Source: Trichoplax adhaerens
Lineage: Eukaryota > Animalia > Placozoa
Assembly (NCBI RefSeq): GCF_000150275.1
Contig: NW_002060962.1
Span: 310,001 to 374,000, forward strand
Length of the DNA stretch: 64,000 bases
Direction: 5' to 3'
Position 1 is the stretch's first letter. Every line of letters begins with the position of its first letter. The notes under the pieces are model-generated. The model was not told the origin of the DNA. It made no database searches and saw only the letters and a program-made list of their open reading frames with translations. The position numbers were made by a program, and so were the translations under genes. Below are positions 29,201-44,400 of this stretch, piece by piece.

Positions 29201-32200
29201 TAAAGTAAATAAGATTTAGTGGAAGTGATATTTTATAACATATAATATCAACGTTCTTCTAACAGCATAGCAGATATTGGTTGAGGAACTAACCACTAGA
29301 GCCCGAATGCGTATTTTTCTGTTTTTCATCTCATAAAACACTTTCATCAACGGAAAGATCTAATCATTATAATAACATGATTTGTTACAGGTGAATGAAT
29401 AATAAAGCAATATTTTATAAAGATAATCATACCTGCGATCTAATTTCCAGGCATTTATTCTTATCGGAACATATATGAGTGAAAACTTCGGTAGCGGCGC
29501 ACTAAATAAGAGTCCCAATAAAATGATATGAGTGAACAATAATGTCCAGTATAAATGTAATTTTGACTTTAGCTATTGTCATGGCATGTAGTAAAAACGT
29601 CCAATATAATATAGCTTGATTAGAGAATTTTTATGCAGTAATGCATAAATAGATCTCATACAGTATTTTCATAAAGAAGTTACGTAGTATTACTTTCGCA
29701 GCCAAGTCCTTCGACGCAATTAATTCAAACAATTTCTGAAGGATACTGTCTGTGTACGCAATTTCGATTCCAACCTCACTAACTCCCTAGGATTATATTA
29801 ATAATTTGGCCAGAATTATCCTAAAACTCTTGTTTTCATATAGATTCAACTACGTTGAATTAATTTTGTGCCTCTTACAACAAGGAGTGCAGATAGAGCG
29901 ATGACCCCTCCAATATTCATATCAATATCGTTGCTATATTGCATATGCTCTCTAGTTGTTATAATTATATCGATAAAATCACAACGTCATAATTCATAGA
30001 GGTCAATTGTTCTGTTAGAAATAATTGTAGTAATTTTCCTTACCTAATAAAAATTTCACATTGCCTTCGAAAAATTAAGCGGCTTTGGTCATTTCTATGA
30101 GAAAGTTTGTTTTAATAAATTGCTAATATTAAATATTACTTAGAATTGTGTCATTAGTTTGTCGACTTTGATTCGTAATATTATTTAAGTTATCTGAATA
30201 ATTCCAGTACTGTGACAATGAATTGATAACTCGTTTATTAATTTAATAAAATTTTTGGTTAGTTAATAGCAGAACTTGAGAAATTAAAATTGTTTCTTCT
30301 TACCGGAGCGATTTATACAACTGGAATAAAGCTACTGATACATGCATTTGACATTCAGATGTTGTATTTTCATTTTGATCTTTGGAAGCACTAGTGTCAA
30401 TCATAAAATATGGAGCAGAGTCTGCTGCGACTTTTAAGAGTTTGCTTAGTCCTAATAAAGATTTGAATTTTAAGAAATGCTACTCAGTTTGCCATTAAAT
30501 ATAGGTTATACAAGCAATAATCCATGAAGCAGTAATTTATAAAATAATATGCATGCGCTACTTAATTTTTTGGAGGGGATAAAAAATCGAAAAGTCCCTG
30601 TAATATGATACCTTTGCATTCGATGAACGTTTTCGTCATGCCAGCTTCGGGAATTGCATATACCACAACATTAATAGCAGCGCTTCTACCACTGATAGTA
30701 ATGCTATAAAATGATAAAATATTTTGAGGTTAAAGTAATAGATTTCCTGAGTTGAATAGTTAATGCTTTTACCTTTGATTCGTCATTGCATGAATTAGCA
30801 AGTCAAGTAACTCATCAATGTCCACTTTGTTATCTTTTTTATAGAAGGATTAAGAATTCTTTTATATACACTTTCATGGATAAATGTTATAATGAAATGA
30901 TTACGAGTACAGTATTTGTGATAGTATAGCATACCTATTACAATAGCTTCATTGGGAATCTTTGCCGGATTGTCGTCGCAGCCGGTTAATGTAGTCAGAG
31001 CAGTTTGTAGGAATAAAGCGATTGATTGGCACAAATCTTCTTCTGGCTGCAAGAGTAATTGTTTTTATTATGAAATATAATAAATATTTTTAATAAATTA
31101 CTTGGTATAGTCCCATAATAGAGGCGATTGAGATTATTCGATCTAAAGGATTACATATACGAGTATCTAGACTCAAAAACTGATGGTCTGGTAATCCCTA
31201 CCGACGATAACATCGTGAGCAATCTTGATTTAGTCATTTCCTTGAGAGCAACAGACATCTACACCATCGATTGATTACAAAAGGAACGAATTAGCGTCGA
31301 TAACATCAGATGGTATAAGAAATAATAGCATTGAAGCAAATTTACCCTATTTCGATGACCTTGACAAATGCGTATAAAAAGTTTAACAATGGAAGATTTT
31401 ACTTCTTCTGTTTCGCTATCTAGTGATGATAGCAGTTTCCAAGTTGCTTCTATTAGAGGAAGAAACAAATTGTTAGTATAGAGTAGGAAAAACTTAATAG
31501 ATTCGCCTGAATTTAGATATCATTTTACTGTAAGCTACAAAATGACTTTATAGATAGTTTATTGTAACCTTCTCGAAATATGAATTCAGAACCAGCTGCT
31601 TCCTTGGCTACTACGCGTAAATTATTAAGAGCCTATTAGGAAAGTTAACTGTAAGTCAATAATTAATTCATTTTAAATAAAACATGATTTTAGAATTTGG
31701 TTCTTAAATTAAAATAATATCCTACCTTCATCTTTTGGTCATTGGTACTAGAAGAGTTCAGAACTACTGATAGCATTTGTTGTACCTTCGTGCTGGTTTT
31801 ACCTAAAGCTTGGGACTATGCATACAAGACCATAATTAGCTTTACAATCATTGAAACTATTCTAATGATCACTAAAATTGTTATTTTTCTTAAAATTCTT
31901 TCAAACGGAGTTCTATGCCCTTGTAATAGCTTAAGAATAGCATTTTTAACGTAGATTTAATTTTGTGTTTATATCTATTCAAGGTGATAGCTAACTTTGT
32001 GAAGTTATCATGTAGTTTACGTGAATGATTTCAATCTGAATTCATCATGACATAGTATTACAATACAATCGGTCGAAAAAATATGATGCAGTGGTAGAAC
32101 TAGTTTATACTTACTTGTGAAGTCATTTGTATATTAAGTTGGCGTAGCATATCTATCACAGCTTGATTCTAATTTTAGTGGCAGTTTCAAACATTAATCT

Positions 32201-33294
32201 TTTAGTTGGATAGAAGAAATCAATGTATTCGCACGATACTGTGAAGAGCAACACGTTATTGATATGCTGTAATATGCTTTATCTGATAAACGAACTTTTG
32301 AGTCTAATTTGTTGAGCTTTCTTGCTTCTTGATACGCTTCCTTTAATTGACCTAATTTTTGGAAAGCTTGGCAACGACGGAATAGAGCTTTTGTATCGCT
32401 AGGAGTAATGGCCAATGCTGCAATAGATATTAGTAGAATAGCGATGAAAGAATTTAATTTATACAAATTGTAGTGAGGTATGCAATATTATCATTACCCT
32501 GAGATTATTACTTATTGGATTAAAAAAGACGTGATTGATAATAAATTATATGAAATTGACTCCTATTATCGAGATAGGGTTTAGCTATATTGGTGTAGTT
32601 TTTCAGTTCTAGAAACATTCATGACAGAGAGTAGAGGTTACAGTACTATACTACTGTATATATTTGTTAGGTGAAATTACTGGTAAGCATATCATTATAC
32701 TGTACTGTGACACACACACTTGATTATACTATAAATTTCTTTTAAGAAGTCCAAGTTGATCAAATCAAACCGGCTGATGTAAGTTTATTTATATTTCGGT
32801 AAACGGAATACTTACAGGCATTGCAATCCGTTATTGCATCTTGATATTGGTTCTAGAGTGTTATAGAAAGAACTGATTTTAAAACCTTTCTTCTTAATTC
32901 ATGATATAAATATATATAGATATAATATGCGGAAAAATTGATTTAAAATTCAATCTTATACAATGATACGTATAGCTTTTCAATGTTGATCGTTTTATTA
33001 TCGATCATTTATAAGTATTGCATACAAGTATTCTTTCACTATCGTATTCTATACAAAAATAACTGATACTATCCATAGTGTAGGAGTGGAACTGACCAAT
33101 TTTAAATAGCAAGCAGCACGATTTTTATAATAAATGCTTGCATCAGTCGACTGCTTGTGTTGGCATAGCGTTAAGGCTTTGGTATAACATCGAGCAGCTG
33201 AGGTATAATCCTGTTGAGTAAAATATTGATTGCCTTTGTCTTTGGCTGTATGATCATCTGCAAAGTCGAAATCTTCTTCATTTCCCATATTCAT
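26228..33294 (-). CDS. UNC45: UNC-45 myosin chaperone (N-terminal TPR + central ARM + UCS domain), many short exons
   Basis: TPR start KDKGNQYFTQQDY..A.RCYTKAL..YYKNRAACYLKL and KALFRRCQAFQKLG. Central region has KWSIEALALITLDADAK and ELEELAKFAQYKIPKVHEKD. UCS region has RGVIVQQGGTK, ATQAIAKIGISINPELAF, QFEALMALTNLA, IEQLMFDDHELIKRAATEAMCNL and ELQHRGIYIVANLI. Ends LGLIKRK* at 26228. Confidence 0.93.
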
Positions 33295-33677
33295 ATAGCT
33301 ACATTGAATAGCATACCAACATCAGTTTCATAAACAGTAGCAAATCACTCTTGGCCTCCTTTATTTTCTCGCTCGTCTTACCTCAGTGATTTCAACTTGT
33401 GCACTGCTTACAAGTTGTAAACGATGTTGGCCAACCCACTTCAAAACTAGCCTCGCCCTAGTCTAGCAAGATTTACTCGGGGCGAAAAAATGATCAAGAA
33501 GGAAAAGAAAGAGTTTTTGTTGGTTGACTTTCTATTTGCACTTTACGAATGATTGAGCAATGATCAAGTAGGTAGGAATGGCCAAGATTCAATTTTGAAT
33601 TCATTGAAACGCAACCATGGAGATGGCTGCATTCATTGCAGAGCAAAGTGAGCTTTTACAATACGTTTTGCAAGAAG

Positions 33678-34795
33678 CACAGTACAGTACTGTACAGTAC
33701 TGTACAATATACTGTAGTACTGCACTGTAATGGCCAATGAAAGTGCAATAAAGAAAATTGACCATGCACAAACCTAGTCTAAAAGCTGTTAAAACCTCAA
33801 AATTATAGCACTTCTTATTTCGTATCCACAGAAAGAAGTTTCCTATTTTTAAGCTTTATTCTCCTGCTTATACGATATATGAAGCTCTTTAACAGGCTAC
33901 AGAGTGGATTATTAAGCTGTTACAAATTTTTCAATTCGTCACAGCACGCTCTTAAGTCGACTGATGATTTTTTCAACGGACGCCATCATTTTTTTTCGGT
34001 CGAATTCTGATGCTCACTCGAATGTTCTCTTTTTAAAATATTCATTTACGGCCAATAAAGCTTAATTAGAAATAAAATATTTAAATATAGAAATTTTGGA
34101 TTTTTTTTACGCATTTTAGGGAATTTTTAACCCTGTTTAAGTAACTCAAATTGAATTCTACATATTCAAAAATGAAGTTGATTTGACCGTAAAAATGGCC
34201 GTACAAAAGCCTTTATTGCACTTCCATTGGCCATTAGTGAAAGTGGATAGTGCAGTGCAGTACTGCACCGTACTGTACTGTATAATGAGTGTACATGCTG
34301 TTGCTGAGTATGCGTATTACTGTACGGCACTGTACAGTGTACAGTGTACAGTGTGCAGGTACGCTCTGGTGCATTACAGTACAGTATACTGTACAATACA
34401 GTACAGTACAGTACAGTACTGTACACTGTAGTGTACAGTGTACAGTACAGTTCAGTCCTGACACAGTCCGATGACCATGAAGTAGTAGTTAACCTACACA
34501 ATTTTGGGCAATGAACTCTTGAGCAGTTGCTCTCTCCTTCATAGACTAGACATGATGTCGGTGACAGAAAAGTCTCAATCAATCCTGTTGTATTGTCGCT
34601 CAAAATTGCAGTCATTTCAGACTGGCATGAATGTCATATTGCATGTGCGCTTCGCCTTGAAGATTGAGTGTGCACTGTACAGTACACTGTACTGTACAAT
34701 GCTACAGTACTATGTACTGTCCCAGCAAAGTCCTTCGTGAGTTCGATGTACTGTACTGTACCTCCGTAAGCGCGATACTGCTGCAGTCTACTGTA
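33678..34795. repeat. TACAG/CTGTA pentamer-rich array in the UNC45/LSM6 divergent promoter (interrupted by the MITE)
   Basis: Dense runs such as cagtacagtacagtacagtactgtacactgtagtgtacagtgtacagtacag. The YCTVLY/VQYST ORFs here are translations of the repeat. Confidence 0.85.
33732..34232. mobile_element. MITE / non-autonomous DNA transposon, 501 bp, 22-bp TIRs, AT target duplication (ISL2EU/PHIS-like ends)
   Basis: Left end GGCCAATGAAAGTGCAATAAAG (33732-33753). Right end CTTTATTGCACTTCCATTGGCC (34211-34232) is its reverse complement with 1 mismatch. AT flanks both sides (AAT|...|ATT). The interior is AT-rich, non-coding and lacks the TACAG repeats that flank it. Confidence 0.8.
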
Positions 34796-34976
34796 ATGAG
34801 AGATTGAGATTAGCAAGTCGAAATACACTACGGTTTGCGCGTACCTTCAGCTGGCTCATACTTGGAAGTACTTGGAAGTTGGAAACTCCATCGAGGCTAA
34901 CATTTTAACTAAAACAGCGTTAATTTACTGCCAGCCATCGCCGATTATTTTGAAGGATAAAATAAAGGTCAAGAAA

Positions 34977-36207
34977 ATGAGTAAGAAACAGACACCAAGT
35001 GAATTTTTAAAGAATGTGATTGGCAGGCCAGTGGTCGTCAAGCTCAACTCCGGAGTAGATTACAGAGGTAATGAAGTAGAAATCATCCATTTAGGTCGAA
35101 CTGTATGTAGCACATTGAGCGAGTACCAAGATACAAGATTGAGCAACCCAATCGATCGATTTTATAATCTTAATCGAGATTGACTACCTGTCTTTGGCTC
35201 TAAAAATTTGAAAGTCATAACAACAGTCGATACTCAGTCAATATACAATAGAAATCCATACTCTATCATAGTTGGATAGACTTGGTTTCATTACTTTGAA
35301 CACCAAAATCCTCCATGATTCCTACAGCATTCTACCTGATACACAGAATACCGCGAAATTGAATATACGATTGTACATTGTACAATGCACAGTGTATGAT
35401 ATCACGTAATTACTTTATACTAAGCCTTAGCTTTGCTAAATTTATTCACTGTCTGCCCTATCTCTAGTAGTAGTCATTCAATATGTTAAAAACTATTTTA
35501 TCATGGATCGATTGGAAGACAAGCTGCTGCAAATGCAGTTCAATGCAGTACTACCAGCTTTTGATGCTATTATCCATACTCTTAACGTGAAACTTGATGG
35601 AATACGATTAGATATCAACTCATTCATAATTAATATTGCAATCAAACATTTTAGGGATTTTGACTTGCCTTGATGGTTACATGAATATCGCTTTGGAACA
35701 AACCGAGGAATATATTAATGGACAAGTATGTGGTATTGGTAATCCTTTGTTGTTCAAATCACTCATTTCTTATACTGTATGAAACACATACAACGTGTCG
35801 TAATATTATATGAATAATATATAGAGTTAGTTTATACTTGCTTTTGGTTACTGATTACCATGATAAGTACTCTAGGTGTTGTAAGACAACTGTATAATCA
35901 TTAAATTTCTGTATTTCATGGCGTACAGGCATTTCAACTTACAAATAGACTTTCCTAGTATCATGCTTACATGATGTGATAATGGTTTATGCTATCGTAA
36001 GCTGTTATTATTAACTTGTATTATTTTTCTTTTAGCTAAAAAACAAGTATGGTGATGCATTCATTAGAGGCAATAATGGTAAGCTAATCTCTACAAGTTA
36101 TTCTTTTGCTAGGGTATAACGTAATGTAGTCATTGACTCATGACATAAACACTCTTTTCTGAATTTTTCTAGTTTTTTATATAAGCACGCAGAAAAGACG
36201 ACTTTAA
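34977..36207 (+). CDS. LSM6: U6 snRNA-associated Sm-like protein LSm6 (4 exons, 79 aa)
   Basis: Exons 34977-35067, 35655-35725, 36036-36078 and 36173-36207 give MSKKQTPSEFLKNVIGRPVVVKLNSGVDYRGILTCLDGYMNIALEQTEEYINGQLKNKYGDAFIRGNNVFYISTQKRRL*. Confidence 0.97.
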
Positions 36208-37039
36208 ACCTTCTAGAGACTTACATTCCAGTGTTAGAAGGTGTTTGATCCAGGCAAAGATTGAATTTCCTTCTTAATGTTATATAGCATTTTATACAGT
36301 ATATTATTTTGTAGCATAAATTCATCATTATGAAGATCCTATTTTCCTTTTGAAAGTCGTTGTCGAAGTTCATTCTGAACTTGAAGTTGTACACTTGTCA
36401 TTATTATTCTTTGTACCTGTAAACTGTCGGATCATTTTCCTAAATTGCTGTACTTAAATTAAAAACGTTTACATAAAGTACTAATTTAATGAATTATACG
36501 ATATTATTTGTGGTACTTGGCATTGCGACGAATATTTATCGTATTAGATAAAATCTTGCCATAAAGGATTGATTTTCTGAAGCGTGAGTAGTATTATCCA
36601 TTTATTTACTGTTGCACGTACGTACAATTGCGTCAAATAATGCCTCTTTAGATAACGATTTTGACATTCAAGAACAAAGTCGTTAATGGCATACGTACAT
36701 TCCTGGACTATGTGTACTATAAAATTCATTCATTGCAAATGTCCTCAGTCGTAGTAGGACCAATTTTATTTATTACGATCAATATTGTATTAGCTCTCGT
36801 GCTGGGACACAGCAGATAACAGCCTTAGAAATAGAATATTACAAAGAACAGTATTTTTACTCGACAACCGAATGGCAATGTTTTATACTTAACTTCCCTA
36901 ATAAACTAGGTACAGTTTTCACGCAAATAAAGTCAAATACAAGAATTAATCATTAGCAGAGTTGTATTTAAGAATCATACTTGAGTATAACATCTGCCAT
37001 TTGTTGCCGAAATTACAATATCAACTTGATAGGAAAACT

Positions 37040-39916
<2,877 letters not shown>

Positions 39917-40049
39917 GATTATGTTACAGTAAGAACGATTAATAAGGAAAGATTTGCGTGTAAGCTGGAAAAATGGTGATTGGAAAAGATTTTATGGGAT
40001 TTTAAACGAGCGCTTTCTCACTGATTTCTATTCTGTTGGAGATGGAGTA

Positions 40050-40410
40050 ACAGTATAGTACTGTACTGCACAGTACTTTCAGCCCGTCGTACAGTACGTA
40101 CAGTCACTACTGTACACTGTACACTGTAGCCAGAAATGCTTTGTCATACTGTAGTCACGGTACAGTGTACAGTGTACAATTTACAGTACTATCACGTACT
40201 GTACACTGTAGCCATCAATGCTTTGTTTGTCATACTGTACAGTACTGTACAGTACTGTAGCCATGGTACAGTGTACTGTACAGCACTATTACGTACTGTA
40301 CTGTACTGTACACCGTAGACAACAATGCGTTGTCTTTTGCCATACTGTAGTCATGGTACAGTGTACAGTGTACAGTGTACAGTACGATGACCCTACTGTA
40401 CTGTACGTTT
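40050..40410. repeat. TACAG/CTGTA array organised as three imperfect ~100-bp tandem units in the PSMD14/NOL6 divergent promoter
   Basis: The unit actgtacactgtagcc..aatgc(t/g)ttgt..catactgta..(c/t)ca(c/t)ggtacagtgtac recurs at ~40110, ~40198 and ~40303. Confidence 0.8.
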
Positions 40411-40947
40411 GCAGTTTGGCTGCCTGTGAAAGTTGAACTGCCATGCTCTTAATATTTCTTACTAAATCCTTCCGTCTTAAATTGAATCATAGACGTTGTT
40501 TATGAACTCTATGGACTGAATAACTTCGTAGGCTTTCTCGTTGAATCATCATTTCCTAGGCTTAGTCGTTCGCATGTAGGCAGAATACATAAATATCAAA
40601 TAATTATAGCGATGTGATACTGTACTGTATAGTAGAGAGAATTGGTTGAATGGATAGCAGGAATCGAATCGATGTATAGGTATCAAACAGTATCTAATCG
40701 ATAAGGGATTGGACTCAGTAAAGCGGACGATATAATATAAAAGAGGCAACAAACGATCGATCGATCAACGGACGGACTCAAAATGATTCGGTTCAAGTCC
40801 ATGATTGGGCACATTGAGCGACATTAATTTTGATTCCGATAACTATTCCACTATGCTATCTTGGACAATTAAGTGCGAAATCAATGTCATGCCCACTACT
40901 ACGCATACGCTACCGCACAGTCCTACCGGATGGAGTCCAGTTCTCTG

Positions 40948-40964
40948 TGACGTAAGCACACGTG
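40948..40964. promoter_or_regulatory. Adjacent TGACGTAA (CRE/bZIP-like) and CACGTG (Myc/Max E-box) motifs upstream of NOL6
   Basis: TGACGTAA at 40948-40955 and CACGTG at 40959-40964, within a GC-rich island. E-boxes near the TSS are an established hallmark of animal ribosome-biogenesis genes. Function here is untested. Confidence 0.45.
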
Positions 40965-41446
40965 GTAACTGAAACGGAGCCATTCAGACCTGAGTTCTAT
41001 ACGGAATACGCAATGATTGAACGCGAATACTATTCTGTAGGGAGGAAATGGCTCACGAGAGACCTAACCCTGACATCTACCCTGAGGGAGTCAGACTGGC
41101 AGTTTTGGATGAAGCATTGCAGCCAGGCAAGCAGCTCGATTTAGGATCAGAAAGTTGAAAGTAAGCAATTATTGTTGAGGTTTATTCAAGCAATTGGACT
41201 ACATTCAGTATATTAACAATGTCTATAGCTAGATTGCCATAGTTAGATAGTCGTTCGCTAGCTTAAATATTAAAGTACGATCTGTAATATTGGAATACTG
41301 GTGATTGTCCTGGTTTTATTTCAGCTGTTGACCATTTTGAGCTTGTACTGTATCATCATTTGTAGCTGTAGATAAACTCACTTGATTTATCATTTCACGT
41401 AAGTAGTTTACTCATTTGCTCAGCCATCCTGTCAAGCTCTACCGAC

Positions 41447-44400
41447 ATGAAATCCAAGAAAGCCGATCATCTTAAAAGAAAGGTAATGTTACATTTTATA
41501 GCCAATGTTGAGATAAATGAGTGGAACCATCATTAGCTACAATTTAGCTTGGTTTAGCAGCTTGCTGTAGTACTTTGAATTAGCAAACATTGCAAAATAG
41601 TGAATGTAGATTGGCACTTTGATTGGCCCAAAATTATACCTTGTAAGACGTTCTTATCATCATACAGGTGTAGCCATATAGGTAGAATGATTGCTACGTA
41701 TTTTATAGAGGCATACATCAACTACATTATCGGTTAAAAAAAATTTCTTATTTCTGGCAATACACACGCATATACAGTATACTGTACAACACATACGAGG
41801 ACGGGCATACGACTCGTGTCCAATTTTGGTTTCAAATTGTACGGGACTATGCACGATACACTTCTCGTAGGCATAATAGGCAATAGATATACCTAGAACA
41901 GGTTATATTGAATTACTGATACAGCTTATTGGATAATATATATATATATGTATATATTTTAATTGACCATATAGGAAAATGCTTCACAGTCCGATCATGC
42001 TGATACTGATGAAGGCAAAGTTGTCAAAAAGAAGAAAAAAAGTTTATATGCACCTCTGACTCGAGATGAATTATTTACCATCAAAGAAACTGAAAGTCTC
42101 TATCGATCTGGATTATTTCGTATGCAAATTGATGAATTATTAAAAGAAGTTAAATTAAAGAAGAAAAGAAATAAAAAATTAGATCTTTTTCTTCATGCTT
42201 TACGTAACTGCTTAATCAATATACCCGATGACAATCAACAGGAACTTGAATTTGATAGTTTATCCTGCAAACCTGATGGCATTCAGATACCTCTTCATTT
42301 AAAAGATGTGCAGACTATCAAGGGCAAATTTATATTTAAAACCCCGACTGTCATTGCTGTTGTTGGCAGCTATATGATTGGTACCATTACCAAGCCAATA
42401 GTCAACGTGGATGTTACCGTAGAGATACCGCAGGTCTCAATCGCTATACTTATAATTAAAATTTAAAAATTGATTAGTGTACAAAATTAAATTTATTAAC
42501 ACAAGATATACTCGTAAAGTAATAATTTGTGTTTTGTGTATTTCAGGAATGTTTAAATTCTAGAGATCACATCAATGCTAGATATTATTACCGACGTGCA
42601 CTTTACTTAGCACATTTGGCTTATCATTTAAATCAGAGTGATATCTGTCAAGAAGTCCAGTATTCAACAATGAATGGAGACCCACTTAAGCCAATCTTAG
42701 TTATAAAAGCAGCACCGGAACGATTTAATCGCTACTTTACCATTCGTTTATACCCTTGCATTAATCAGTCAGCGTTCAAATTAAGTCAATTAAAGCCAAC
42801 TAAAGATAATATAAGATATGAATTTTATCCAACGATAGAGAGTAAATTAAATGAAGAAACTCAACGGTTAGGCCCGCCAACACCTCATTACAATCATGGT
42901 ATATTGGTAGATATGAGCTTCGGCCGCCACCTGAGGGAGATTTATCAAGCAACGCGACAAAGTCAATCTTTAATTGATGCCATTACCTTAATCAAGATAT
43001 GGCTATACCAACGTGAATTTAATAAAGGGATAAACGGATTGAATGGATTTCTTGCTTCAATGTTTTTGATTTACTTATTAAAGAAAAAGAAACTCAACTT
43101 GCAAATGAGCTCTTATCAGATTTTAAGGATCTTCCTTATACAATTAGGTATCATAATACGATTGTACGATAAAATAAGATGGTATTAATTATTACACAGA
43201 TAGAAATCAATAAAATTCGAAGAAAAATTTACATACAAGCATTAACATTTTTTATCACCTGGACTTTTTTGTTGGAATAGCGTCATCCGACTGGTCTACC
43301 AATGGAATAACACTTGCGGAACAGGACAATTCCAATATTGTAATTTCAATATTCAGATTATGAGCTTCTTTTATATTTTTCAAATATCTATATAACAGTC
43401 CGCTCTAAATTTTTTATAGCCATCTACTGCAGAATTTTCTACAGTTTTTGAAGTGGTTTTTATCGACTCTTCTGGATACTTAAATTTAGCCGCCAACTTA
43501 ACGAAAATTTCATACGATGAAGTTAGTAACAATTATAATCCTGCAATAGTAATGCTCTTAATTATTACAGTTCGGTATTATAAATTTATATTCATCTTTA
43601 CAAATTGTACGCTCTTAAATTATTATATTCTGATTTGTTACAGTTACGTCATGCAGCCTCCTCGTCACTGCGACATCTCGATAGCAGCTCTAGCGATGTT
43701 TTCTCTGACCTTTTCGTGAAAAAAGTACCATACTTTACAAAATATGATCACTATATTACGTAAGTCCTTGACAGCTGTTATCATTAAAAATGCATGGAAA
43801 AAAAGTATTCAAAATAAGCTATTATAAATTAAATTGATGATATTTTTCGGATTAATGGTAATAAACATGATTTCTGTCTTTATTGGCTAACCATTGAATC
43901 TGTACGTTGAATTTAAACCAGGTTAAAACAGTTACCACAAATAGAAAAAGCTAATATTGGACAAGAAGTGTTAGAGTATCTTATCAGCAGATGCAATCAT
44001 TTACGACCAGTCATGCTACGCTGGTTAATGGTTATCCTTCAAAAAGGTTTAAATAAAAGAGTTAAATTGATTTCTGTTATGCCTGAAGATATTTCAAAGG
44101 TAAAATTTCGAATTTTAAAATACTATCTAATATATTTTATTCAACTATGAAATGCTTTTTATTCGCTTATAGTGGCCAATTACTAAGATGCCGCCTGCAG
44201 AAAGTGAAACTGTAACCATCGGCTTATCACTTGATACAGAACAATATTCTTCCATTGTAGAAATGGGTCCATCGGCTGAAGACTCACAGGTAGATATGAC
44301 TTATAGATTAAATTATATTTATTATTTCTGTTATTTAGGTTCTTGATACCATTCGTTATACTATATAATAAACTTCGATTAGGCTGCGGAATTATTTAGA

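Noticed and set aside
34166-34828. Several ORFs rich in YCTVLY/VQYSTV (also 40136-40436, 52615-52839, 53462-54414)
   Set aside because: These are translations of stop-poor TACAG/CTGTA repeats. They overlap in multiple frames and strands and are not credible proteins.
40979-41000. Minus-strand AGAACTCAGGTCTGAATGGC resembling the U3 snoRNA 3' end/box D
   Set aside because: No box C (GATGA), box B or box A/A' at the expected upstream spacing.
41063-41071. CCTAACCCT as a telomerase RNA template
   Set aside because: I could not identify a pseudoknot, CR4/5 or H/ACA domain downstream, so it is not called as a feature. It is kept only as a check under the GC-island finding.
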